From Octopus vulgaris (taxonomy: Eukaryota), in assembly GCA_951406725.2 (NCBI GenBank), contig OX597816.1, forward strand, positions 2,418,001 to 2,482,000: a DNA stretch of 64,000 bases, read 5' to 3'. Of the stretch, positions 12,443-25,345 are shown piece by piece. Within the stretch, counting starts at the first letter, position 1. The number at the start of each line of letters is the position of its first letter. The notes beneath the pieces were generated by a model. The model made no database searches. It was given only the letters and a program-made list of their open reading frames with translations, and was not told the DNA's origin. The translations under genes were made by a program, and so were the position numbers.

Positions 12443-13785
12443 TCATCATCGTCATTTAACGTCTGTTTTCCATGCTGGCATGGGTCAGACGATTTGGTAG
12501 GAGCTGGTAAGTTGGAGAACTGCACCAATCTCTGCTGTCTACTTTGGCATGGTTTCTATGACTGGATGCCCTTCCTGAAGCTACCCACCTTACAGAATGC
12601 ACTAGCACCAACAAGGTCACCAAATAGCTTACAAGACAAAGATCTTTCAACTGAGAGGGAGAGTTGTATTAAGGGAAGTGGCTTTGTGCCAGGTGAGGAA
12701 CAAAAACAGAATTGTACAGGAAAAAACCTACAAATGGTAAATATGCCAAGAAAATATGGGGTGGGGTGAGTTAATATTGAATTTAGTGAAAAATAAGCAT
12801 AATATTATGATTTTGCACAACTTAAATTTTTCTTAAAGTTAAAAGACTTTCTTTTTCAAATATTTTCATATCAACCTGCCTCACATTTATTGGCTATGGT
12901 TCTCTGACATAAACTTCTTGTTTTAAAATGAGCTAAATAAAAAATCTACCAACAAAATTTCCTGTTAATATGTCCCGCATTTACATACATGTAGACACAC
13001 ACACTTACATACATACCTGCATGTTGGCATGGCTGTGTGTTTAAGAAACTTCCTTCCTAACCATATCATTTCAGATTCACCTTGCACTACACACCTCACC
13101 TGTGCTTGTACCACATAAAAAAGTACTAAGTCCACTCTGTTGAGTGGTTGATGTTAGGAAGGGCATCCGGCTGTAAAAATTCTGCCAAAACAGTCACAGA
13201 AGTCTGGTGCAGGCTTTGGCTTGGCCAGCTCTTGTGAAACCGTCCCACCCATGCTAGTAGGGAACATCATCATCATCATTGTTTAACGTCCGTTTTCCAT
13301 GCTAGCATGGGTTGGACGTATGACTGAGGACTGGCGAACCAGATGGCTGCACCAGGCTTCAATCTTGATCTAGCAGAGTTTCTACAGCTGGATGCCCTTC
13401 CTAACACCAACCACTCCGAGAATGTAGTGGGTGCTTTTACGTGCCACCAGCACGGTGCCAGTCAGGCGGTACTGGCAATGACCTTGCTCGAATCTTTTTA
13501 CACATGCAGTCGGCACATGTGCCAGTAAGGTGATGTTGGTAATGATCACGCTTGAATGGTGTCTTTTACATGCCACCGGCACGGAGGCCAGATAGCCACT
13601 CCGGCAACGATCACTCTCAGATGGTGCTCTTGAAGGCAACGCTGGTAATGATCATGCTCAAATGGTGCCTTTTAAGTGCCACTAGCGCTGAAGCCGGTTA
13701 GCTGCTCTGTCAATTCTTAAGTGCTCTTTGCACCCCGCTAGCATGGATGACAGTCATCAAAGGACGTTAAATGATGATGATGGTG
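12443..13785. mobile_element. Cluster of RTE 3'-UTR-derived repeats in both orientations (about 12443-12720 -, 13110-13262 +, 13266-13770 -)
   Basis: (CAT)n-GTTTAACGTCCGTTTTCCATGCTAGCATGGGTTGGACG starts, GGATGCCCTTCCTAAC cores, and internal GGTGC..TTTAYRTGCCAC tandem units. Confidence 0.8.
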
Positions 13786-14688
13786 ATGGTTCAACCTCAC
13801 TGTGCAGGACAGCTTGGGCAAGTCTCTTCAATTGTAGTTCCAGGCTGACCAAAGCCTTGTGAGTGTATGTGGTCGACAGAAACTGAAAGAAACCTATTGG
13901 GGGGGAGAGGTATGCACACACACACATGCACAATGCTTACCTTTCTCTTAACACATGCAATGATTGTAAATAAATATCACTGTGATACAAGTGATGTTAT
14001 TTGTTTCCAATCTTCTGTGAAAACATGTCTGGCTCAGGGGAAATATTTCCTTGTTTGGAAACAAGGATTGGCAACAGTAATTCCTCAATGAATTCCATCT
14101 GACCCATGCAAGCATGAAAAAGTGGATGTTAAAAACAATGACAATTAGACACATGTATCTTATTCAGCACTCCTGTAAATACAGGTTTGATGTATACAGT
14201 GTAAAAATCCTCAAAAGTTGCGTAAATTTACTTCATGTCTTAAATGGATTATCCTATTTAAGATTATGAGTCAAATCATTTTATCTGGCTGAATCATTAT
14301 TATTATTATTATTATTATTATTAAAAAGTTTAAGGATCCTTTATCCAGCCTTTTCTCCCAAAACATGATGTTGAGGTACCAATCCACTTGAGACCACCTC
14401 TCCTAATGCTATGATAGAAACTTCCTGATCTAAATTGATCTGAATTAAAATCTTCCATCACAATTTCATGTTGACTTATGTTCCAGACACCAGTTTAATG
14501 ACAAAATTATTTTACCAAATTCTTCATTAATTTCAAAATTATTGAAATTAAGTAGTAAATTTCTGCCGAAATGTGGTAAAAAAAAAAAGGGTGAAAATAT
14601 CAGATAATACAGTTCTATATTTAAGAGATGAGGAATTATGTACATTATTTATATTCGACAGATATTTGCCCTCATCTTGTTTGTTGTT

Positions 14689-14734
14689 AACACAACGTTT
14701 CGGCTGATATACCCTCCAGCCTTCTTCAGGTGTC
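14689..14734 (-). ncRNA. Minimal type I hammerhead ribozyme (PLE-type), intact core
   Basis: Minus strand reads GACAC-CUGAAGA-A-GGCUG(GAGGGUAUAU)CAGCC-GAAA-CG-UU-GUGUU: stem I GACAC/GUGUU, stem II GGCUG/CAGCC, conserved CUGANGA and GAAA, palindromic ACGU stem III. Confidence 0.8.
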
Positions 14735-14791
14735 TTGGGGAAATTTTGAACCTGGTGTTTCATTCCTAAGGTATTTTTCGATGTTGTTGTC

Positions 14792-14822
<31 letters not shown>

Positions 14823-15096
14823 TCACTGCCTAGAATTGAACTCTGTATTTTGGGGTTAGTAGCCTGCGCTCTTAACCACTATGCCATATGAGCACGGGCT
14901 ACTAACCCCAAGATTCCAAGTTCAATTCCAAACAGTGACCTGAACAATGATAATAATAATAATCTTTTCTGCTCTAGACACAAGACTCAAAAGTTTTGGG
15001 GAGGGGACCAATTATAATAATAATAATTATAATAATAATAATAATAACATCAAAAAATACCTTAGGAATGAGAACCCAGGTTCAAAATTTCCCCAA

Positions 15097-15142
15097 GACA
15101 CCTGAAGAAGGCTGGAGGGTATATCAGCTGAAGCGTTGTGTT
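15097..15142 (+). ncRNA. Second copy of the same hammerhead motif, core mutated (GAAA to GAAG)
   Basis: GACAC-CTGAAGA-A-GGCTG..CAGCT-GAAG-CG-TT-GTGTT. Confidence 0.65.
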
Positions 15143-15230
15143 AACAACAAACAAAATGAGGACAAATATCTGTCGAATGTAAATAATGTACATCAGATAA
15201 TGTTTTGAAGGCTGACAGTAACAATATTAA

Positions 15231-15448
15231 CCCTTTTGTTACCAACCTGGCCGAAACTGCCTCTGGCTCTGTAGTACAAATGTCTTGTTTTCAAAAGTTC
15301 TGAATTAAAATCTTCCACCAAACCTTAGTCATAATTTATGTTCCTAACCCTAGCTGAATGATAACTAAGTTTTACTAAATTTTTTGTTATATTTAAAGTA
15401 ATTGAAAGAAACACAGAGCATCTCAACAGAAGTACGGTAATGAAAGGG
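15231..15448 (+). mobile_element. piggyBac-like MITE (218 bp) with TTAA target duplication
   Basis: TTAA|CCCTTTTGTTACC ... GGTAATGAAAGGG|TTAA; a near-identical inverted copy lies at 38717-38935. Confidence 0.85.
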
Positions 15449-18400
15449 TTAACTAAATAAGACTGAAATCTGGTGCAGCCTTCCATCTTGCTAGCCCTGG
15501 TCAAAGCATCCAACCCATGCCAGCATGGACAACAGACATTAAATGATGATGATGATGATAATTAAGGATTTTTGTTTGAGAAAGGAGCCTTCGACCTCTT
15601 TGTAAGGGGTTATTAATTTAGCATAGCAAAGCTGAGCAAACATTTATTTCTTCTCAAGTTCTCTCACTTCCTCTAACACTGAAATGTACTACTACACCTC
15701 CTTGTGGTACCTATTTTAATCAACGTAGACTGAGGTAGCCAGCATTGTCTTACTAATGGAATCAGTACCCTGTTGATTTGGCCAGCAGCAATTTGGTTTG
15801 TAACAGGAAGTCTGTTGTTGAAGAACACAAATCGAGAGGAAGTCTATTAATTAGAATCCACCATTATTTCGCCAGCTGATGGTTATTGATATAATAACGG
15901 TAGACTGTGGAGGATTGCATTTAATCAGTAATACCGTTAGATTGGTATGATCAATAATAATAGTAATCATGTGATGGGAATGGTGTGAAGGACGGGAGTA
16001 TCATAGTGTAAAAACACTATTTATGCAATCATAGTAGTAATAATAATAATAACAGTTGACAAATGGTATGTTTATTGAAATGAGAATCTCTTTAGGCTGA
16101 CTTCCTTTGGCAGGAAAAGACTATTTTTAATATTTGGTTGAACAGAAGAAAAATTGAACGGTAAATATCGATGCTGTGTATTTAAAATATGCTGTTGAAA
16201 CACTGGGTTTTTGTTGTTTTTTTTACATGTTTGTCTTTGTTTGTGCTTAATAGTTGAACGTATGAAACTTCACCTTTTCTCTCCTGACTAAACAGATATT
16301 TAGATGAAATCATCCAAATAAAATTCTAATGCTAGTATAGGTTGCTAATGAAAACGATTAAACTTGTAGAATGCTGAATAAGAAGGATGATTGCTGTTAG
16401 TTTAGAAACAAAAGTCCTCTGTTTAAGTCCAGTTTGGTACAGTGTACACATACCCAGGATACCTGATGCAATTTAAGATCAAATCAAGTGATATGGTCAA
16501 GACAAAATATTTTTTTTAATTATCATTGAAGGTGCTTTAATAACCTGAAAAATGATATTCGTATTCATTCCTGTCAGAGCCCTTTTCTGGTATGAGTTCA
16601 CATCAGACCAATTTTGGTTCCTGGTTCAAAAACCACCTGTTTTAAAAATGCTTATATTCAAATTAAAAACCTTGCAATATAATTTTACACATAAGCTTTT
16701 GTTGCATTTTAAACACCAACTTTTGTAATAAATTTGTACATTGTTCTCCTAGACCCTTCCTAGTTTTTGTTTATTACCAAAATGTATTGAAATATATTCG
16801 CAATTTATCTAGAAACCAGGATCACAAAGGAGGGTAAAAATTTAATGTATACATTTTGGTGCATCATTTTCTACAAAGCTTGCTAGTGTTGACTATTTCC
16901 TCTCTATTTCTCTTGATTGACAATAAATAGCATTCTAATAAAGTTTTTAATCAACCAATTATACTGTGTGATTTCACAAAACAGACTTTGTACTAAACAA
17001 AGAAGTTTGTAATTATAAACGGGTTAAGTGTAACGATAATAATTATTACAGCTGGAGTTAAACATATCAAAATACACATTCTATCCTAAATCTCATCCTC
17101 CATATAAAGGAGAAATTAATAACTTCATTATATAATGGAATCATTAGTATCAAAAAATACCATTTCTTTGCTATTAATCTAAAACTTTCTGGGTTTTTTC
17201 AATTTTTTAGACCAGTGTATATATTTTTTCTCCCTTCTGCCCATAGAAAGTTTCTTGAAGTACAAAAAATTTGCATTTGAATTGAACTCTTCATCTCTCA
17301 GGTGACTTGCCATATCTAATATTTTAACCGGGCCCCAGCTCATTTATTCTACCTTTCAGCAAGTTGTTCCTGTGTTGAGCCAATCTCACATACCTTAACT
17401 CCCTTCTCATAATTTAATCCATGTCAGTCATGTTCAGATAACTCAGTCAAATGTGATCTGCTTATTTTATTCAGGTTGTTTTCAATTCATGAATTCTCTT
17501 GTAACTCAGAGATTTCGATAATATGATTGCTTATTTTTAGAATGACATTGTAGGGTAAGTGTGAAAAACCAGATCCGGCCAGCTTGAACACTGAAAGGGT
17601 AAATGACATGTCATCTTGGAAGGCTTATAAGCTTTATTTGAACTTCATTGAAAATTGTTGCATCATTTCAATGTAGAGACAACTGTCATGGTTAGCTAAT
17701 GTGTGTTCTAAAAACCTTCTGTTGGCATCCGACCACATGGTAATGGTTTCAAGAAGAATGACTCATTTCACAGACACACACACACATCTATATATATATA
17801 TCAATTGTTTGGTTTATTAGGTGTTAACTTTCAGTGGAATAGTCATAAATAAAATATTTTCTTAAATGTTTAAAAATACGTCAGCATAGAGTAATTTGCA
17901 ATGCTATAAAAACATTGCCTGTTATAATAGAAGCCTTTGGTTTTCTAGGTGAGGATTTGGTACCATTTCAAGAAATTAGGTGTATTTTCATGAGAAGAAA
18001 TTTGTGATATTTGTTTGCTTTTGTGACTGGGTTGTAGTATATTTTGTACATCAAAGCATTTTAAGTTTCCTACCTGTTTTTTCGTGCTAGTGTCATCTGT
18101 GAATTGTCGTTCAGTTTTCATGGAATTATTGCAGAACCTGTAATTTCAGATGGCTACTCTTCCTCAAGTATTAGCTGCTCCACAAAACCATGGAGACAGA
18201 TCTTTGTAATTATTAAACTGAGACAAGTGATGCACTTCAGCTGCATTTGCATTTCTAGTGTCTGTGAGTCTGCACACCTGTTGATTATTTTGTGGGATTA
18301 GATGTAGAGCTGATGCCGTGTCAACAAATAACGTATCTGTTCTCTTTAAAGTTCTACTTAGCATCATTATCATAATATTCACTTTTCCATACCCTCATGG

Positions 18401-19384
18401 GTCTGACAAAAATTGGTCAAGAGATATTCTATGGCTGGATGCTCATCGTGTCACCAACCTTCACCTTTGTCCAAGTAAGGTAATATTTCTCCATGGCCAG
18501 ACATGTTTTCACAGGAGAGAGAAAAGTCACCACATGTATGATGGAGATTTTCATTTTATGAATATTCCAAAGTCAAATCAAGGAGATGCACACACACACA
18601 CACATTTACATACACACACACAATCGGTCTCTTTCAGTTTCCTTCTACCAAATCCACTTACAATGTTTCGGTTGGTCGACTGTTGTATTTGGATTATTTT
18701 GTTAATTTTAACTTTATCTTTTAGAGCAGTTTTCAACTTCATATATAAGTTTTCAGATGAATATACGTGATAAATACATCTGTGTATGTTTTAGTCAGAA
18801 GATCCAAAGAAAGACATATACATACCAGGCTTTGATTCTATGACCGAGTCAAAACCTGGATCTGTGTTTCTGCACATTTAACCTTTAAAAGTAAAACAAG
18901 TAAAAGAAAGAATATGTAAAAGGAAATCTTTGAAATTTTGGTTTCAGTTAATGAAAGCTTGTTGATATACAACTTTTGTTTACATCGTTATCGTCATTTT
19001 AATGTCTTCTTTTCCATGCCTGCATGGGTCAGATTACAGTTTTTAAATCTACCATGAGCCTCACCTTTGAAAATACAATGCATATTCTACCTTGTGGCTT
19101 CTTACAGCCAATCTCTTAATTATATTAATCTATTAACAGTTTCATGTCAAACTACAACCCTTTTCCCTTCTTGTTGAAATTGCAATGTTTGGTCTAAATC
19201 TCTTGTGCTAATTAATTTGATCAGTGTAGAGCCCAGATCAATGTTTTGATTACTGGTTACCTGCCAAGCAACGTGACTACTCAATGCCAAAAGCAGTCTC
19301 CTGTGAGTGGTCTGTTGGTTTACATGAATGTTGTATTGATAATAGCCTTGTTTCAATGGCTCCACCAAACCTATTTCACTTGGT

Positions 19385-19420
<36 letters not shown>

Positions 19421-20380
19421 GCATTCTTTCACTGGTGAAGTAACTAATTGTTTTTATGTTGATCTGAATGAGTGTGAACATGTAAATGCACACGCATGCG
19501 CGTACACACACACACACACACACACATCAATTATTCATCGCAAATTCTCTGTTGTAAGCCTGTCAAAAGCAACCTCAAGGCTGCTCCTAACTTAAGCCAA
19601 TATTATCATTGATTGATAAATCAGTTTATTTCTTTATAAACAGAGCAGACTGCAAAAAAAAATTAAAAAAAGAAATGATTGGTTATTAACTATTATAAAC
19701 AGTCTTTTTTTTGTTTGTTTCCTAGTTTTTACAATACTTTCTACCCATTGCAATATTTTATTAACCAACATCCTACTGTTTGCTACCAAAATAGTGCCAG
19801 GAACTGGTTGACCTCAGCACTTTCTGCAGACGTAACAAATTTTTCCAGAGAAAAATATCAACAGGTGCAAAAACTCCTCTGCATCTATCCAGGCCCTTCT
19901 CCACCTCCCACTACCAAAAACACTTGAATTATTCATCACGCTAACTAATTAATATAAATAGGTAACAATGTTAGGGTTACGTTTGGGTGTTACTACTGAA
20001 AAATGTAATATTTTCTACCGATTACTTGAATGCTGTTCATACATGCTTACCACATATTTAACATGATTTCTGCATTTTGTTTCATTGAAGCTTCTCTGCT
20101 GTGTGTGTGTGTGTGTGTGTGCACATCCCTGACCAAGTGAAATAAAGGAAATATTTACATAAAAGTAGACATCAACATTCAGCAATTTAAGTGAATCTTT
20201 CCAATTGCAGGGTTTTTTTTTTTGTCAGATATTTTGTAAAGTTATTCATGCTAATCGTGTCAGTGTGAGCATATGGATGTATTCGAATCTATTGTGCATG
20301 CATGCACACACACATATCATAATCATCATTTAACCTCCATGTTCATGCTACTCTAGGTTGGATAACATATTTTCACCAAT

Positions 20381-20612
20381 GGCAACGAGCTGGCAGAAAC
20401 GTTAGCGCGCCGGGCGAAATGTTTAGCGGTATTTCGTCTGCCGCTGTGTTCTGAGTTCAAATTCCGCCGAGGTCGACTTTGCCTTTCATCCTTTCGGGGT
20501 CGATAAATAAAGTACCAGTTTCGCACTGGGGTCGATGTAATCGACTTAATCCGTTTGTCTGTCCTTGTTTGTCCCCTCTATGTTTAGCCCCTTGTGGGAA
20601 GTAAAGAAATAT
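20381..20612 (+). mobile_element. Near-intact tRNA-derived SINE, family A long-tail form
   Basis: GGCAACGAGCTGGCAGAAACGTTAGC...GAGTTCAAATTCCGCCGAGGTCGACTTTGCCTTTCATCCTTTCGGGGTCGATAAA...TTTAGCCCCTTGTGGG; CpGs are retained. Confidence 0.9.
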
Positions 20613-21214
20613 ATATACACCAGTGGGTGTATGTATGCATGCACACACACACACACACATTTTATACATACACTCACACAGTCCATCCTCTCAATGCACA
20701 CACTCTCTCACTTCCAGTCTGTTTTATCAGAGAAAATCACTTGTCACTTGCAAATTTTGTCAGTAATGCTTGCCCTAACATCATTTGAAGGAGGAGAAGG
20801 TGTGGATTGTCAGTTCTTTTATTTGTTAATCCCTTTCTTTCTCTAAATCCAGGTAAACATATTGTTCCTTAAAGCTGAATACCTGTTATCTTGTTAATCT
20901 TTTAATTATGGAATTCTTCTTCTTCTGCTTTGTCCCCCTCGATTAATCTTGCCTCGACCTAAACATCTGTGACTTAGCAAGGTTGATGCAAGGCTTTGCT
21001 TTTTTCCTCTATCGTTATCTTTGTTGTTGTTTTTAACGTCCACCTCTCTCCATGCTTGCATGGGTAAGACAGAGCTTGTTGGGGCAGATTGAAAGTGAAC
21101 AACATTACTTGTACGACATTGAGGCTCATTTACAACCATCACATGATGTCATGACAAGGTTACACACACACACAAACACACACACACACACACACATTTG
21201 TGTATGTGTAATGG

Positions 21215-21604
21215 TCTTTGCCTTACTGGCACCTGTGTCTGTGGCATGTGTAAAAGATTCGAGCGAGGTCATTGCCAGTACCGCCTGACTGGCCCCCATG
21301 CCGTGGCACATAAAAGGGCACCATTCAAGCGTGATCGTTACCAGTGTCGACTTACTGGCACATGTAAAAACATTCGAACAAGGTTATTGCCAGTGCCGCC
21401 TGACTGCCCCCCCCCCCGTGCCCTGGCACATAAAAAGCACCCACTACGCTCTCGGAGTGGTTGGCGTTAGGAAGGGCATCCAGCTGTAGAAACTCTGCCA
21501 GATCAAGATTGAAGCCTGGTGCAGCCATCTGGTTCGCCAGCCCTCAATCAATCGTCCAACCCATGCTAGCAAGGAAAGCGGACGTTAAACGATGATGATG
21601 ATGA
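21215..21604 (+). mobile_element. RTE 3'-UTR-derived repeat with internal tandem units
   Basis: Repeated GGCAC(A/G)T(A/G)AAAA/TGCCAGT units, the GGAAGGGCATCCAGCTG core and a (GAT)n tail. Confidence 0.85.
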
Positions 21605-22029
21605 TTGATAAATCCACTCACTTTGATCAAGCTGGGACTATAGCAAAAGGCAATTGCCCATAGTGCTGTATCGTTAGATTGAACCCAAAACCACATGGTT
21701 TTATTTATTTATTATTTTTTTCTTAGGTATCTTTTTAATTTGCCAAGCCAGAATTAAATATTGATTTGAACATGGATCCTTTGGATGGATCTTTTGTGAC
21801 GTAGAATGTGTATGAATGTGCCTGTGTCTGCACATGCTTCTACATATTTCTTTGCAGTGATGATTGTGTTTTTTTCTGTAGAGAAACCCCACAATCAAAA
21901 CACTTTCACATTTCGTGAATATCACAGTTGATCCCATTCATTACATCCCTTTCATTACATTCCTTTCCTAGAAATTTGTGTTCTTGTAAAACAGGTATAT
22001 TTCAATGTGAGTAATTATCATCATTATTA

Positions 22030-22380
22030 AGGTGGTGATGTAGCAGAATTGTTAGGATGCTCATTTAGCAGCATTTCATTTGTCTTTATGTTCTGAGTTA
22101 AAATTCCGCTGAGGTCGACTTTTGGGGTCAATGAATTATTATTATTATTGTTGTTGTTATTGTTATTGTTAAGGCGGCAAGCTGGCAATCGTTAGCATGC
22201 TGGGCGAAATGCTTAGTGGTATTTCATCTGCCACTACGTTCTAAGTTCAAATTCTACCAAGATCGAATTTACTTTTCATCCTTTTGTGATCAATAAATTA
22301 GGTACCAGTTGAGTACTGGGGTTGATCTAATCAACTCATCCCCTCCCCTAAAATGGTTGCCCTTGTGACAAAATTTGAAG
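22030..22380 (+). mobile_element. Two degenerate family A SINEs in (TTA/TTG)n
   Basis: TTAAGGTGGTG and TTAAGGCGGCAAGCTGGC heads with the central block. Confidence 0.75.
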
Positions 22381-24178
22381 CCATTATCATCATTAGTAGT
22401 AGTAGTAGCGGTGGTGGTGGCAGCGTCGGCGTCTGTTAGAACCAAATTGCAGTATTAATGGAATTTTACATTCTCAGTTCCAATATTACTGGGTTCCATT
22501 TTGCCCTTGCTCCTTCCAGGGTTGATACATTCTGGTGTCAATTATCAAGTTATTGCAAAGCTAATTGTTTTTAATCATCAACTTGAAACTAATATATCTC
22601 AACACAGACTGAATTAATAATCATTAGAATCTTCACATTTTTGTCAACAAAAAACAAGTCTAATTTTTCTGATGGAATAGAATTCTGAAGATCTGATTCT
22701 TCAAAAGATGTATTGAGCTGTTGCTTTGTAGAAAAGCAACAAACTCTGCTCTCTCTCTCTCTCTTCTCTGCACACACACACACACAAACACACAAGAGAT
22801 AGAATTTAGTCATTTAGTCTTAATTTCTATTAAATTCTGATCTTCAACATTGCTCCATTTATGGAATATCACTATTACTGAAACCCATTATCCTTCTCAG
22901 CAAAAGCACATCCTTAACATGGCTAGGATAACATCCTGGTGGCTGGCACTTCTTTCTGCAGCCAGAAAACAATGCCGAGACAAGAATTTTCTTGTTTAAC
23001 ATCCCATCATTTAAACAAACTATTTAGTTTGTAAAAACAATAACATTGAGAAAGACTGTGCACGTTAGTATTAAATACAAATCGGATGGAAGACAGGTTT
23101 TCTACTGACCCATGGAACTTTGCAGCTTTCTTTTTTGTCTCTGTTTCCTCTTTGCCTCAACAGCAGCTGTTTGGTCCAAGACCAAGTGATAAGGGCCTTG
23201 GAATTGGAGAGGTCTGAGATAGATGGGAAAGGCATGTGTGTGTGCTTGTGAAGGCTGAGGGTTTCTTTTATGGTGGTGGTGGTGGTGGTGGTGGTAGTAG
23301 TCAGAACTGTTATGGATGGTAATATTGAACTCTACTGTTGGTGCAGTTGATGCTATCGCTCTTGTTGCCCTCTGTTGTGGACAGAAGACCTTCAGATGGT
23401 TGCTGCTACCACCTGGGACTTTGGGTTTGATGACTCAGTCAGGCTGGGTATGTTTTTCTAGTAGTCTGCACTCAGTAGTCCTGCACCTGTATATAACTAT
23501 ATAATACAAAACAGAATTATAAGGGATAAGAAGAAAAGAAATAAAACACAATAAAGAGTCACAGTAACATCTAATATCATTGAAAAGTCAGAAAAACAGG
23601 AGAGAAGTTGTTGGATGTCTTGTGGAAATTAACTGAAGGTGAAATTGTTAAGAGTGAAATATTTAGTGGTTGTTATTTACAATAAGGAATATAAAAATGA
23701 CTTGGGTCTTTGATGAAAAATACAAGAATGGCAATTAGATTATTCTTAACTCATATTAAATTTTTCTTGAGTTTTTCTTCACCTTTCACTACTACTATTA
23801 CCTATAGAACCTTGTTCATCTGAGTTGTGATAATGATTTATGAAAGAACTGATTAAAGGCCATTAAGAAGCCTGTTTGAGCCTCATTATCACAGACAAGA
23901 AAATATTCAAACAATTATGATTATACTCTGACAATGTTCAGCCATAAAACATTCACATTTACATTTTTTTTATTCCGGCAGTTTTACTGTTTCTCTCTAG
24001 TATGGCTATGTTTCAAAATATCCTTTATTATTTATGTGAGAACTTAATTTAGCTCTTTTGATAAGAAATCTTACAAATGTTTTATTACTACCATGAGAAG
24101 TTTTTCTGTAGCAGTTTCATGTGAGTTTCTCCTGTACCATCTGGTGCACCGTAGCGTTAATAAGATGTTGTTATTCAG

Positions 24179-24745
24179 GTGGTGGTGCACTGGCTAAACT
24201 GTTAGCACATCCGATAAACTACTTTACAGCATTTCTTCTGATTCTTTATGTTCTGAGTTCAAATTCTTCCGAGGTCAGCTTAGCTTTTCATACTTTCAGG
24301 GGTCAATGAAGTACCAGTTGAGCACTGGGGTTGTTGCAATCGGCTGACCTCTTTCCACTGAAATTTCTGGCCCTGTGTCAAAATTTGAAACTATTATTAT
24401 TGTTAAGGAGACAAACTGACAGAATTGTTAGCATTCTGGGGAAAGTGTTTAGCAGCAGCTGACTTTGCTTTTCATCCTTTTGGGGTTGATCTAATCGACT
24501 TAACCCCACCCCTGAACTTGCTAGCCTTATGCTAAAATTTGAAATCATCATTACCATCATCGTCGTCGTTGTTGTTGTTGTGTCAGTACACAAAATCTAT
24601 AGAATGTCAGGAAAAATGCTCTGTGGCATTTCTTTCAACTCTTTACATTGTGAGGTGAACTTTACCTTTCATCTCTTTGAGCTTGATAAAACGAAATACC
24701 AGTCAAGTACTGGAATTGATGGTATCAATTAACCCCGTCCCCTCT
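24179..24745 (+). mobile_element. Tandem degenerate family A SINE fragments
   Basis: Repeated GAGTTCAAATT, CTTTTCATCCTTT and GTACCAGTTGAGCACTGGGG blocks. Confidence 0.65.
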
Positions 24746-24759
24746 TGTGGTGATTCAAG

Positions 24760-25340
24760 ATAAACTCCATAGATACAAAATTGCTATCAACTATGCTTGT
24801 CTGAGATGCACACAGCAACAAAACCATTCTACACTCTCACTCTCAGTCTCTGACCATTGCTGACTCTTGGACCTCTGTTGAACAGCTGCTGTCATTTACT
24901 GAGTGGATCCGGCCATTGCTCCACCACTTTCCTTTGACCAGAAAGCGTTAGCAGCTTCTATCTGTATGGTGGCCTTTGCAAAAGAGGTTGTGTGGTAGGC
25001 AAGATTGGAAGTTGCTGAAGACAGACAGCTTCCTCTTTGGCTAAGCCCTCAAGTTTTGCTTGGAAAGGAAAATAGAAGAGAGAAAAGTGCTGCCAAAGTG
25101 GATGAGAATGATGAGCCTGATGCAAATGAATGGGCCTGATTTGAGCATACACTTGTAGAACGGAGGGAAAAGATTGGGAGAGGGTCCTTGCCTTAATGAT
25201 CAAACTGACTGTGGCTTGTGTGGGATTTCTATGAATAGCTCTCAAAAGTCTACACTCCTTATGGGGACTTGTTTTTCAGTTTTTGTTTTGTTTTTATTTT
25301 TTGTTTTATTTCATTATGTCCCTTGCTTATAAATTTTATG
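24760..25340 (+). mobile_element. Decayed L1/Tx1-like LINE ORF2 C-terminus and 3' UTR
   Basis: Broken frames give ACLRC..KTILH..IADSWTSVEQLLS (CCHC-like) and LKFCLERKIEERKVLPKWMRMMSLMQMNGPDLSIHL*, followed by a T-rich 3' UTR. Confidence 0.5.
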
Positions 25341-25345
25341 CAATC

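Larger units (their letters stand above)
14609..15191. mobile_element. Palindromic (head-to-head) tRNA-headed element with a Penelope-type hammerhead tail, flanked by a 10-bp TSD
   Basis: 14637-14870 is the reverse complement of 14890-15193, apart from (AAT)n length and a small insert. ATCAGATAAT is repeated directly at 14599-14608 and 15192-15201. Pol III A-box TGGCATAGTGG (minus, 14876-14886) and B-box-like GAGTTCAATTC (minus, 14833-14843) are present. Confidence 0.85.

Noticed and set aside
13430-13740. Regularly spaced short repeats superficially like a CRISPR array (also 21220-21440 and 62970-63120)
   Set aside because: Degenerate tandem units inside an RTE 3' UTR; spacers resemble each other, the context is eukaryotic, and there are no cas genes.
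14820-14890. Possible tRNA gene
   Set aside because: Has A/B boxes but no proper acceptor stem and is fused to a repeat tail; it is a SINE head. The same applies to 32360-32436 and 48515-48580.
15659-16070. Unique, coding-looking stretch between an AAG acceptor and a GTATGT donor
   Set aside because: All three + frames hit stops within about 40 codons; no coherent exon could be built.
18318-18770. 150-aa ORF
   Set aside because: Read-through of decayed SINE fragments and (CA)n.
23316-23504. 62-aa hydrophobic ORF in unique sequence
   Set aside because: No supporting splice context or recognisable homology; length is within chance expectation.
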